Origin: a virus
Lineage: Duplodnaviria > Caudoviricetes
Reading direction: 5' to 3' (one strand)
DNA length: 33,646 bases
IMG/VR virus record: IMGVR_UViG_3300043466_000290
Coordinates: 1 to 33,646 of that record
Position 1 is the stretch's first letter, and every line of letters starts with the position of its first letter. Shown piece by piece: positions 1 through 8,349 of the stretch. Under the pieces are notes generated by a model. It was not told where the DNA came from. It ran no database searches and saw only the letters and a program-made list of their open reading frames with translations. The position numbers and the translations under genes are program-made.

Positions 1-127
1 TCAACAGAGATTAGAGATGCTTATAAGATATTTGCTAATACTTATGTAAACGAAAGACAACAAGCGATTGAAGAAGTATTTAATCAATTATTTGATTATG
101 TAGGTATTAAAGGAGATTATGAATTAA
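1..127. repeat. 127-bp terminal direct repeat, identical to 33520-33646 (circular assembly overlap)
   Basis: tcaacagagattagagatgct...gattatgaattaa occurs at both ends. It falls inside the portal ORF and the reading frame is continuous across it. Confidence 0.97.
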
Positions 128-1089
128 TACCAGTAGAGCCATTGAGTTTTGAATTTAGTGAAGGAGTAATGGCTGCTAATATGACAAGGGAAGAAATTAG
201 AGAGAAATTAGGTTTAGCTTCTGAAGTTACTGCAGTTAATCCTGCAACTAATCCTTTAACTAATCCAACAGTTAATCCAACTGACCAACCTATTGCTGCT
301 TCAAATGAATCTATAAAGAATCTTACCGGCAGACAATACCAAAACGTAATGAGGATTGTAAGGCAGTTTACTAATGGTAAACTTTCTAAAGAACAAGCTG
401 CATTAATGTTAAAGAATGGATTTGCATTTACGGATAGTGATGTAAATACTTTCTTAGGTTTAGATACTGAAACATTTAGCGCAGTTGATAAGGAAAGAGA
501 ACTGCTTGAAATGTTCGAAAAGTTCAGCGAAAGTTTAGATGATTATGAAGTAATAACAAGCAAATCTCCTAAAGAGTTTAATCACTTTGCAGAAGAAGTT
601 GTTTTAAGCCAATTAGAAGCCGATATTTTGAATCTAATTAGTAAGGATAAGAGAATCACTAGCGAAACTATTGCAGAGGTTTTAAAGCAAGATGTGAAGG
701 TTATAGAGGCATCATTAAAAAACTTAGTTGAAAATAATGTAATAGCTGCAAAAGAGGTTAAGGTAGGTAAAGATGTTATAATTGAAAGAAAGAAAACTGA
801 TATTAAAATAGATAAGCCTAAAACAATTACTTTATCAGTTGCCTATACTTATGCTAAAAGACCTGATGCACAAGGAGATACTATTATAGCAACATCAAGA
901 CCATTCTGCGTTAAGATGGTAGACCTTGCAAAAACAAGATTATGGAGTAGTGCTAACATTCAACAAATGAGTGTTGTATTAGGTTATTCAGTATTCGATA
1001 GAGTTGGAGGTTTTTGGAATAATAAAGGAACTATTGAAATACATTGTAGGCACGAATGGAAACCAGTTATAATTCAAAAGAAAAAATAA
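1..1089 (+). CDS. Portal protein, C-terminal part (continues from 32626 across the junction; 660 aa in total)
   Basis: Frame 1 is open from base 1 (STEIRDAYKIFANTYVNERQQAIEE...) into the listed 142..1089 ORF. It includes a wHTH-like segment and a C-terminal SRPFC...GG...CRHEW domain. Confidence 0.85.
   Translation, partial: STEIRDAYKIFANTYVNERQQAIEEVFNQLFDYVGIKGDYELIPVEPLSFEFSEGVMAANMTREEIREKLGLASEVTAVNPATNPLTNPTVNPTDQPIAASNESIKNLTGRQYQNVMRIVRQFTNGKLSKEQAALMLKNGFAFTDSDVNTFLGLDTETFSAVDKERELLEMFEKFSESLDDYEVITSKSPKEFNHFAEEVVLSQLEADILNLISKDKRITSETIAEVLKQDVKVIEASLKNLVENNVIAAKEVKVGKDVIIERKKTDIKIDKPKTITLSVAYTYAKRPDAQGDTIIATSRPFCVKMVDLAKTRLWSSANIQQMSVVLGYSVFDRVGGFWNNKGTIEIHCRHEWKPVIIQKKK
238..285 (+). 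repeat. Four degenerate 12-bp tandem units encoding an NPxx linker
   Basis: aatcctgcaact/aatcctttaact/aatccaacagtt/aatccaactgac. Confidence 0.75.
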
Positions 1090-1875
1090 ATGAGCGCAAA
1101 TATACTTTTCATATCTGAAAATCTAATTAAAAGCAGAACAGGAATAAGTGATGCTATTGATGGCAAACAATTAAAGCCACATATTAAAGTAGCGCAAGAC
1201 CTTTATTTGCAACCTGCTTTGGGAAGTACTTTATACCTACGTTTACAATCAGGAATAGAGGCTGCAAACCTTTCTAATTTAGAAAAATCTTTATTAGATA
1301 ATTTTATTACCGATTGTTTGGTATGGTACACAATGAGTTTATTACCCTTTGGATTAGGTTATCAATTTTTCAGTAAGGGGATATTACAAAAGACAAGTGA
1401 AGAAAGCAATGCTCCAAGTAGAGCAGATTTAGAGTTGATAGGAAATGAATATAAAAAGACTGCTGAATTTTACAAGCAAAGATTAATTAATTATTTAAGA
1501 GAGAATTATTTATTGTTTTCTGAATACTTTAATCCTGGCAGCGGATTAGATGTTATTTTTCCCGAATTAAAAGCATATACAAGTCCTATTTATTTAGGTA
1601 ATGTAAATGATGGAGTAAGGGTATTTTCTAACAATGCAACAAGCGGTGGAGCAACAACTATTTATCATACACCTGCTGCAGGAGACAGTAGTTTCTCAGT
1701 TGGTGGATTAGTTAATAAAGTAGTGTTAATTGCAATGAGGTCAGGATTGGTAAAAGGTATAACAAACTTACCTACTGCAAATCCTATGTACTTACAAATT
1801 GTTGGTAATGTAATTACTTTACCTACTGGGGATGTAACACAAGCAGGAGAATTATTTTCATTCACAATAAGATAA
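1090..1875 (+). CDS. Putative head-tail adaptor / head completion protein with a beta-rich C-terminal extension
   Basis: Directly follows the portal. The helical LFIS...IKxAQDxYLQPxLG...YxQRLxxYL pattern is typical of Bacteroidetes phage neck proteins. Confidence 0.6.
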   Translation: MSANILFISENLIKSRTGISDAIDGKQLKPHIKVAQDLYLQPALGSTLYLRLQSGIEAANLSNLEKSLLDNFITDCLVWYTMSLLPFGLGYQFFSKGILQKTSEESNAPSRADLELIGNEYKKTAEFYKQRLINYLRENYLLFSEYFNPGSGLDVIFPELKAYTSPIYLGNVNDGVRVFSNNATSGGATTIYHTPAAGDSSFSVGGLVNKVVLIAMRSGLVKGITNLPTANPMYLQIVGNVITLPTGDVTQAGELFSFTIR

Positions 1876-1879
1876 ATTT

Positions 1880-2026
1880 ATGGCTTATAAAAAAGCATTA
1901 ATTCAAAGAGTTTTATTTTATGACCTACAACCAGTTAATAACAACAATAACAAGTCTGCTGCAAAATCACGAAATGATAAAAACAGCAAAGTACGCAACC
2001 CCGAAAGAGTGGCTACTAAGAGATGA
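1880..2026 (+). CDS. Possible small basic protein (48 aa, MAYKKALIQRVLFYDLQ...), overlapping the next gene
   Basis: The ATG lies 4 nt after the upstream stop and the frame is open to TGA at 2024-2026. Not in the ORF track. Confidence 0.25.
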   Translation: MAYKKALIQRVLFYDLQPVNNNNNKSAAKSRNDKNSKVRNPERVATKR

Positions 2027-2351
2027 ACAACCAGTTTATCCGATTGCTTGTTTTTCAATTAATTCAGGTAGTTTAAATTTAGGTAGGGAACAGATTTACA
2101 ATGTTCAATTTTTCTTTTTAGATAAGAGTGGTCAAGAGGCTGAATACGAAGAGGATGTAATAAGCGACCAAGTGCAAATAGCTTCCGATATTCTTAGCTT
2201 AATGCGTACAGGTAGAAATAATTATTCAATAGATGATAACGTAACTTTTAATGCGATATCGGATAAGTACGAAGACTATTTGGCAGGGGTGGAGTTAACA
2301 ATTAATATTTCAACACAAAATCAATTTACTGGATGCGACGTGCCATTATAA
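1920..2351 (+). CDS. Putative tail terminator / tail completion protein
   Basis: 143 aa with an alpha/beta pattern (YP...F...D...D.L) and a position in the neck module. Confidence 0.55.
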   Translation: MTYNQLITTITSLLQNHEMIKTAKYATPKEWLLRDEQPVYPIACFSINSGSLNLGREQIYNVQFFFLDKSGQEAEYEEDVISDQVQIASDILSLMRTGRNNYSIDDNVTFNAISDKYEDYLAGVELTINISTQNQFTGCDVPL

Positions 2352-5300
2352 CATTATTAGTTTTATTATCTTTTGGATTGAAAGCGCAGGTTTATCAAGC
2401 TATGCCACAGGCAGGTTACGGTCCTGTTAAGCGTATGTTATTTGATAGTGTGTTAACTATTCCTTTGAATATCAATCAGTTAAGAAATATTACAGGCGGT
2501 AGAGATGCCGGACAAATTAGGTATAATGTAACTGATAGTGGCTTGTATGTTTTTAGTGGCTTTCAATGGATTAAAGCTAACTTAGATAGTACTAATATTT
2601 CAAATAGAATTAACGGCAAATTAAATATAAGTGATACGGCTGCAATGCTTTTGCCTTATATGAAATTTATTGATACTGTTTCTTTATCCAATAGAATTAA
2701 TTTAAGGGTTAAATATTCCGATACTGCACAGATGCTTTCGGTTTATTTACGCAAATTAGATACGGCTAGTTTATCAGATAGGATTAATAAAAAACAAGAC
2801 TCAATAACATTAACTACTAATTTTAAAAGCGGTGCTGCAACTTTAATAGGTGCAACTTTAAATATCCCTAAATATTCAGATACATTACAAGATAATTATG
2901 TGCCATATGTAGGAGCAATTAAGGATGTTGATTTAGGTGCTTATCAATTAAATGCAAACGGTATAAAAGCGGATTATTTATTACAAGTTAAAAATACTCC
3001 CTTTTCCATCACACCCACGAGTGATTATACAAGCATCACTCCAGATAAAACTGGTTTCGTCTTCTATACAAGTTGGCTTCAAGGTCAAAGTACCTATACT
3101 CAATCGAATAGATTTAATTATGCAAATCAGGCTCAGCAAAATAATACAAGGGAATATAATTTACCAGTAAGAAACGGAACTTTAGCATTAGTAGAAGATA
3201 CGGTTAACTTATCAAATAGAATTAATTTAAAGGCAGATAAAGCAACTGTTTTAACAATTAACGGAGTGGGTTATGATTTAAGTGCAAACAGAACTTGGAC
3301 TATCCCTACTTTTGATTCTACTTCTATATCAAATAGAATAAATTTAAAACTAAATATAAGCGATACTGCAGCGATGCTAAGTCCTTATTTAAAGAGTGCA
3401 GTTACAAGTGTAGGCTTATCTATGCCGGCAGCATTTAACGTTACTAATAGCCCTGTAACAAGCACAGGAACATTAACAGTAACAGGAGCAGGAACGGCAG
3501 CACAATATATTAGAGGCGATGGTCAATTAGCTACTTTGCCATCAGGTGTAAGCGGTGGTAGTTCGGTAGCTTACTATCTAAATGGTAGTGTTAATCAAGG
3601 TACAATAGGTGGAAGCGTTTATTATGAGATGAACAGAACTCCAGTTATTGGTGCAGGTACTGATTTTTCACTAGCAGGGAATGGATTAATTTCTCAATTT
3701 ATTACTGATGTTGCAGACCCAAATAGACTTGAAATTCCTGCCGGTAATTGGAACTTTGAAATTTATATGAGTGCATCTTCTTCAGGTGGTAATCCTGAAT
3801 TCTATGTTGAACTACTTAAATATGATGGAACAAATTTTACAAGTATTGCATCATCATCTGCAAATCCCGAAGCAATTACTAACGGAACTACAATAGATTT
3901 ATATGTAACTGCTTTGGCAATTCCTCAAACAACTTTACTAGCTACTGATAGACTTGTAATAAGAGTTTACATTGTTAATAGTACAGGCGGTAGGACAATT
4001 ACAATGCACACAGAAAATTCACATCTTTGTGAAATTATTACAAACTTTGCCGGTGGAGTTAGTGCGTTAAATGGATTAACTGCAAATACTCAATACTTAG
4101 CAGTAGGAACAAGTGGCAATGACTTTGCAATTAATAGCTTAACAGATACACATACATTTAATTTACCTACTGCTTCTTCAACTAAAAGAGGTGCTTTATC
4201 AAGTGCTGATTGGAGTACATTTAATGGTAAAATGAATTATAGTGATACTGCTTCTTTGTCTAATAGAATAAATTTAAAATTAAATTCTAGTGATACAGTT
4301 TCTTTATCTAATCGTATAAATACAAAATTAAATTCTACTGATACTGCAAGTTTATCTAATCGTATCAATACAAAAGCGGATGCACTAAGCGGAACTACAA
4401 ACACAGTTGCTAAATTTACTTCAGGAACTACGATCGGTAACAGTAATATAAAAGATGATGGAAATGTAGTTACTGTTAATGCAACTGCAGGTTCATTTGG
4501 TGCTTTACAAGTAGGTAACTACAATGGTAATATTTTAATGAATACTACTAATAGTTCAGCAGGTTTAATATTTCAAAATACTTCATCTTCAAATAAGTTA
4601 TGGGATATTAGCAGTTTAAATAATGATTTAAATATTAACGAATCAAACGTAGCTTTAGCACCACCTAGAATGATTTTTAAAGCAGGTGGAGATGTAATAG
4701 TATCAAGTTTAATTGGTAGTGGCACTCGGATGGTAACAGCAGATGCTAATGGTGTATTATCTAGTCAGACAATTACTGGAGTTGATACAACTTCTTTAAG
4801 TAACCGAATTAATTTAAAATTAAACATAAGTGATACTGCTTCTATGCTTAGCGGGTATCAAAGCGCAATTAATTCTAAACAAGCAGCAATAACATTAACA
4901 ACTACAGGTACAAGTGGAGCAGCAACCTTTAGTTCTAATACTTTAAACATACCACAGTATCAAGCTGCAGGAACTTATGTCACAAGTGTTACAGGAACTT
5001 CTCCAATAGTATCAAGCGGAGGAACTACACCTGCTATTTCTATTCCTGCTGCAACCAGTTCAGTAAATGGGTATTTAAGTTCTACTGATTGGAGTACGTT
5101 TAATGGTAAAGAATCTGTATTAACATTTTATTCTCCTTTAGTAAGGACTACAAATACTATTTCTATTCCTGTGGCAACCACATCTGTAAATGGTTATTTG
5201 TCATCTACCGATTGGACTACATTTAATAATAAAGTTTCTACTGCTACATTGAGTGGATATCTACCATTAACTGCAGGAACTAGTTTTCCATTAACAGGTA

Positions 5301-6166
5301 CTTTAACAATTAATAAAAGTGGTGAGGCATTAAGGATTGCAGGAGTTACAAGCGGTAATGCTACATTTCAAACTTGGTATGATTTTGTAGGTAACAGAAG
5401 AGGTTATTTTGGATATAGTACAGGGGGAAGTAATTTATTAGAATTAACTAATGAAACTGGTGGATTAATAAGTTTAAATGGTGGTAATGTAGGGATAAAC
5501 ACTACAACAGATGCAGGATATAAACTAGATGTTAATGGTACAGGAAGGTTTGGAGGGGGTACATTATCAAATCCAGCACTTATAGTTTCTGGAAATACAA
5601 GTGCAACTATTAGTGGTAATGCTAAACGATTAGCACAATTTAGATATAATGCTGGAGATGGAACAGGAATAGATTTAGGGTATGATGCAACTGCTGAAAA
5701 TGGAATAATTGCTGGTGGAACAAATACAAATGGTGCTGGTATAGATTTTTTAACTTATAATGGTAGTGCTTGGGGTAGTAGATTTTTAATAGCAAAATCA
5801 GGAGCAGCTACATTCTCTAGTAGTGTAGCAATGGGAGGTGGGGTAAGACAAGCAATGGCTGCTTATGGTGCGCAAGATGGAGGAACTATAAATTTATCTA
5901 CAATATTACCTACTGTAAATTTTAATGGCAATTTTGTTAGTTTATCATTACAAATTTTATCAACCGATGGAGGAAGTGTAAATTCATCTATTTATAACTG
6001 TTCTAGAAATTCAGGAACAACTTGGACTTCTACACTTGTTAGTACAAATGGAACTGCAAATATATTAACATTAACATTTGGAGGAACTTCAGCATCTCCA
6101 ACATTAGTAATAACAGGGTCAAGTATGTCATTAATGACAGTTTTATATTCCGCTTTGGTAAGATAA
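2333..6166 (+). CDS. Tail fibre-like protein (1277 aa) with an N-terminal Sec signal peptide
   Basis: G/S/T-rich modular fibre motifs (GxLSSxDWxTFNxK x3, GNVGINTTT...KLDVNGTGRF) and nine D(S/T)xx(L/I)S(N/D)RIN repeats. The N-terminus is MRRAIITLLVLLSFGLKA-Q. Confidence 0.8.
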   Translation: MRRAIITLLVLLSFGLKAQVYQAMPQAGYGPVKRMLFDSVLTIPLNINQLRNITGGRDAGQIRYNVTDSGLYVFSGFQWIKANLDSTNISNRINGKLNISDTAAMLLPYMKFIDTVSLSNRINLRVKYSDTAQMLSVYLRKLDTASLSDRINKKQDSITLTTNFKSGAATLIGATLNIPKYSDTLQDNYVPYVGAIKDVDLGAYQLNANGIKADYLLQVKNTPFSITPTSDYTSITPDKTGFVFYTSWLQGQSTYTQSNRFNYANQAQQNNTREYNLPVRNGTLALVEDTVNLSNRINLKADKATVLTINGVGYDLSANRTWTIPTFDSTSISNRINLKLNISDTAAMLSPYLKSAVTSVGLSMPAAFNVTNSPVTSTGTLTVTGAGTAAQYIRGDGQLATLPSGVSGGSSVAYYLNGSVNQGTIGGSVYYEMNRTPVIGAGTDFSLAGNGLISQFITDVADPNRLEIPAGNWNFEIYMSASSSGGNPEFYVELLKYDGTNFTSIASSSANPEAITNGTTIDLYVTALAIPQTTLLATDRLVIRVYIVNSTGGRTITMHTENSHLCEIITNFAGGVSALNGLTANTQYLAVGTSGNDFAINSLTDTHTFNLPTASSTKRGALSSADWSTFNGKMNYSDTASLSNRINLKLNSSDTVSLSNRINTKLNSTDTASLSNRINTKADALSGTTNTVAKFTSGTTIGNSNIKDDGNVVTVNATAGSFGALQVGNYNGNILMNTTNSSAGLIFQNTSSSNKLWDISSLNNDLNINESNVALAPPRMIFKAGGDVIVSSLIGSGTRMVTADANGVLSSQTITGVDTTSLSNRINLKLNISDTASMLSGYQSAINSKQAAITLTTTGTSGAATFSSNTLNIPQYQAAGTYVTSVTGTSPIVSSGGTTPAISIPAATSSVNGYLSSTDWSTFNGKESVLTFYSPLVRTTNTISIPVATTSVNGYLSSTDWTTFNNKVSTATLSGYLPLTAGTSFPLTGTLTINKSGEALRIAGVTSGNATFQTWYDFVGNRRGYFGYSTGGSNLLELTNETGGLISLNGGNVGINTTTDAGYKLDVNGTGRFGGGTLSNPALIVSGNTSATISGNAKRLAQFRYNAGDGTGIDLGYDATAENGIIAGGTNTNGAGIDFLTYNGSAWGSRFLIAKSGAATFSSSVAMGGGVRQAMAAYGAQDGGTINLSTILPTVNFNGNFVSLSLQILSTDGGSVNSSIYNCSRNSGTTWTSTLVSTNGTANILTLTFGGTSASPTLVITGSSMSLMTVLYSALVR
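4244..4378 (+). repeat. Three tandem 48-bp units encoding DTxSLSNRINxKLNS repeats (third unit partial)
   Basis: Units start at 4244, 4292 and 4340. Confidence 0.85.
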
Positions 6167-6178
6167 AATAATAAATAA

Positions 6179-6253
6179 ATAATTTATTACAAGGAACTAT
6201 CAGCTAAAAACGAAGCATTAATTAAAAGAATAGAAACATTAGAAAACAAATGA
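6179..6253 (+). pseudogene. Orphan C-terminal coiled-coil fragment of a former fibre (resembles the end of a peptidase S74 chaperone)
   Basis: Reads IIYYKELSAKNEALIKRIETLENK* in the same frame as the fibre, separated from it by TAA stops at 6164 and 6176. It has no start codon. Confidence 0.6.
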
Positions 6254-6483
6254 TGACACCAAAACAAAAGGCAGATGAGTTAGTTAATAAATATCTTACA
6301 AGTAGAGATGCTAATCAATTAAATGATGTAAGAGATATACATTCTGCAATAAGATGTGCATTAATAGCAGTAAATGAAATACTAGGAGGATTAGGATATA
6401 ATAAATTAAGTGATAGTCCATATACTACATTAGAAGCAAGACAATATTATGTGCAAGTAAAACAAGAAATAGAAAACTTATAA
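6250..6483 (+). CDS. Hypothetical protein, paralogue of 14905..15108
   Basis: Shares MTxKxKAxEL...CALIAVxE...KxEIExL. Confidence 0.75.
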   Translation: MMTPKQKADELVNKYLTSRDANQLNDVRDIHSAIRCALIAVNEILGGLGYNKLSDSPYTTLEARQYYVQVKQEIENL

Positions 6484-6485
6484 AT

Positions 6486-6707
6486 ATGAAAAAAACAATC
6501 ACAACCCTAGCATTGGCATTAAGTATGTCAGCAGCATTTAGTCAAGTATCCGATACATTAATTATTAGAATGGACACAACTCGATTTAAGGCTATTATAT
6601 CAATCATTCAAAAGCAATTAGATTCAAAAGCAGCAAGTGATTATATTTTAGAAGCACTTAGCCATTACGAATTAATAGCAACAAAGCCTAAAGAAATAAA
6701 AAAGTAA
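6486..6707 (+). CDS. Small exported protein, putative fibre accessory/chaperone
   Basis: Signal peptide MKKTITTLALALSMSAAFS-Q with a short helical mature part. Confidence 0.7.
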   Translation: MKKTITTLALALSMSAAFSQVSDTLIIRMDTTRFKAIISIIQKQLDSKAASDYILEALSHYELIATKPKEIKK

Positions 6708-6709
6708 AT

Positions 6710-7081
6710 ATGAAAAAAATAATCCTATCAGTTTTAGTGTTGGCATCATTGTCAACGAAAGCGCAAATGTTTAGAAATAATAGTGATACTGCAATAATTG
6801 GAAAAGATACTATCTATTATCAAAAGGGTGGCATTTTAATTAAGCCAGTTATTGTTAACTACTCAGGCGATTTAGCTTGGTCATTAAGTTGGACTGCTAA
6901 CAACCTTTCAAGCAACGGAGAGGGGTGTAATACCTATGTAACATTGAGAGGTAAAAACAACAACCAGTTAGCTGATTTTAATTGCTATATACCGGCTTCA
7001 GTAGTTGCAGTTTGGGGAATTAGTAATGCTCCTATAGATTCTACAATCTTATCTCAATATCCAAGATTTGTAAAACAATAG
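6710..7081 (+). CDS. Exported protein, putative fibre-associated protein
   Basis: Signal peptide MKKIILSVLVLASLSTKA-Q. The beta-rich mature part (IKPV...CNTY...QLA.FN...WG) resembles small proteins commonly found after fibres. Confidence 0.7.
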   Translation: MKKIILSVLVLASLSTKAQMFRNNSDTAIIGKDTIYYQKGGILIKPVIVNYSGDLAWSLSWTANNLSSNGEGCNTYVTLRGKNNNQLADFNCYIPASVVAVWGISNAPIDSTILSQYPRFVKQ

Positions 7082-7083
7082 TA

Positions 7084-7242
7084 ATGAACTTTCAGGACTA
7101 CAAAATATATATTTTTAATGGCTTTGCGCTTTCGGTATCAATGACTAACATTGAAACTTACCTACGCATTACCTTATTATTGTTATCAATAGCTTACACA
7201 CTTTTTAAACTTTTAAAAGATGATAAAAATGAAAAACTTTAA
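7084..7242 (+). CDS. Small membrane protein, putative holin/antiholin (52 aa)
   Basis: Not in the ORF track. MNFQDYKIYIFNGFALSVSMTNIETYLRITLLLLSIAYTLFKLLKDDKNEKL has two hydrophobic segments and a charged tail. Confidence 0.65.
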   Translation: MNFQDYKIYIFNGFALSVSMTNIETYLRITLLLLSIAYTLFKLLKDDKNEKL

Positions 7243-7411
7243 GACAAGTATTGCCGGATTATTGGCAGGTGTACCTTTCATAGTAGATGCTTTGGTAGAG
7301 GCATATAATCAAGGTGCTTTCACAGGCAAAAGCGGTTTACAATTAGTAGCTGCTATCGGAGTGGTTTTATTAGGTCTATACTCAAAAGACCACGATGTTA
7401 AGGGTTTATAG
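7229..7411 (+). CDS. Putative holin (2 TM)
   Basis: MKNFKTSIAG... with two hydrophobic helices, in the lysis cassette. An alternative start is at 7220. Confidence 0.65.
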   Translation: MKNFKTSIAGLLAGVPFIVDALVEAYNQGAFTGKSGLQLVAAIGVVLLGLYSKDHDVKGL

Positions 7412-7898
7412 GATATTAGTAGCAGCTTTCTTATTAGGAGGCTGCTACACCCAAAATAAGGCGGTTAAACAAGTTAATAAGGCATTGGGCAGCTATCCTG
7501 AAATAGTTGCTAAAATCGCCTTAGATTCATTCCCTTGCAATGTTATCAAAGTAGATACAATCATCACTCACTTTGATACAACAATCGAGGTAATTTACCC
7601 TCACTTTGATACAAGCTTGTCCCGAATAGATACAATATATGGGACGAAAAAAGTGTACGTTAAATTACCGTACAAAACAATTTATATAACAAAGTCAATA
7701 GAATCAACTGCTAAATTAACTATCTTAAATGCTAGGTTTGATTCATTAACAAAAGTTACTACTTTTATTCAGAAGTCAAATCAGGATTTAACCAGTAAAG
7801 TAGGCAGGAAGAATAAAGTTATTTATTGGCTGATAGCATTATTAATAGGATTCTCAATACCCTATTTAATTAAACTTATAAAAATACTAGATATATGA
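7395..7898 (+). CDS. Putative unimolecular spanin
   Basis: N-terminal lipobox LLGG-C17, a beta-rich/coiled middle and a C-terminal TM helix. Lies between holin and endolysin. Confidence 0.7.
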   Translation: MLRVYRILVAAFLLGGCYTQNKAVKQVNKALGSYPEIVAKIALDSFPCNVIKVDTIITHFDTTIEVIYPHFDTSLSRIDTIYGTKKVYVKLPYKTIYITKSIESTAKLTILNARFDSLTKVTTFIQKSNQDLTSKVGRKNKVIYWLIALLIGFSIPYLIKLIKILDI

Positions 7899-8344
7899 CA
7901 CCATCAAATGAATTTTATAGATTATTAAAGTTATTTGAAGGTTGTAAATTAGATGCTTATAGATGTCCTGCAAATGTGGTTACTATTGGGTATGGCAGTG
8001 TAATGGATTTAAAAGGCAATTCAATAATAATGGGCAGTAAGATAAGCCTAGCAGAAGCGGAAGCCTTACTAAAAAATGAGGTAGATAAGAAAGCGAAATA
8101 CCTAAATAAAGAACTAGGTAAAACAATAGTTACACAGAATCAATTTGATGCTTTATTATTATTTCAATATAATTGCGGTAGTGCAGCATTAACTAGAAGC
8201 ACCTTATTTAAAAAAGTAAAAGCAAATCCTAACGATAAGACCATTGAAGCTGAATTTATGAGATGGGATAAAGTAGGCGGTAAACCATTAAAGGGTTTAA
8301 CAATACGAAGAGCAACCGAATCAAAACTATACTTCACTAAATAA
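7895..8344 (+). CDS. Endolysin, phage lysozyme (GH24)
   Basis: FEGCKLDAYRCPANVVTIGYG, TQNQFDAL...YNCG and GLTIRRATE motifs. Confidence 0.93.
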   Translation: MTPSNEFYRLLKLFEGCKLDAYRCPANVVTIGYGSVMDLKGNSIIMGSKISLAEAEALLKNEVDKKAKYLNKELGKTIVTQNQFDALLLFQYNCGSAALTRSTLFKKVKANPNDKTIEAEFMRWDKVGGKPLKGLTIRRATESKLYFTK

Positions 8345-8349
8345 AACTT

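Noticed and set aside
2333-6166. Diversity-generating retroelement or invertible tip system acting on the fibre
   Set aside because: There is no reverse transcriptase or recombinase gene, and the repeats differ at synonymous positions rather than specifically at adenines.
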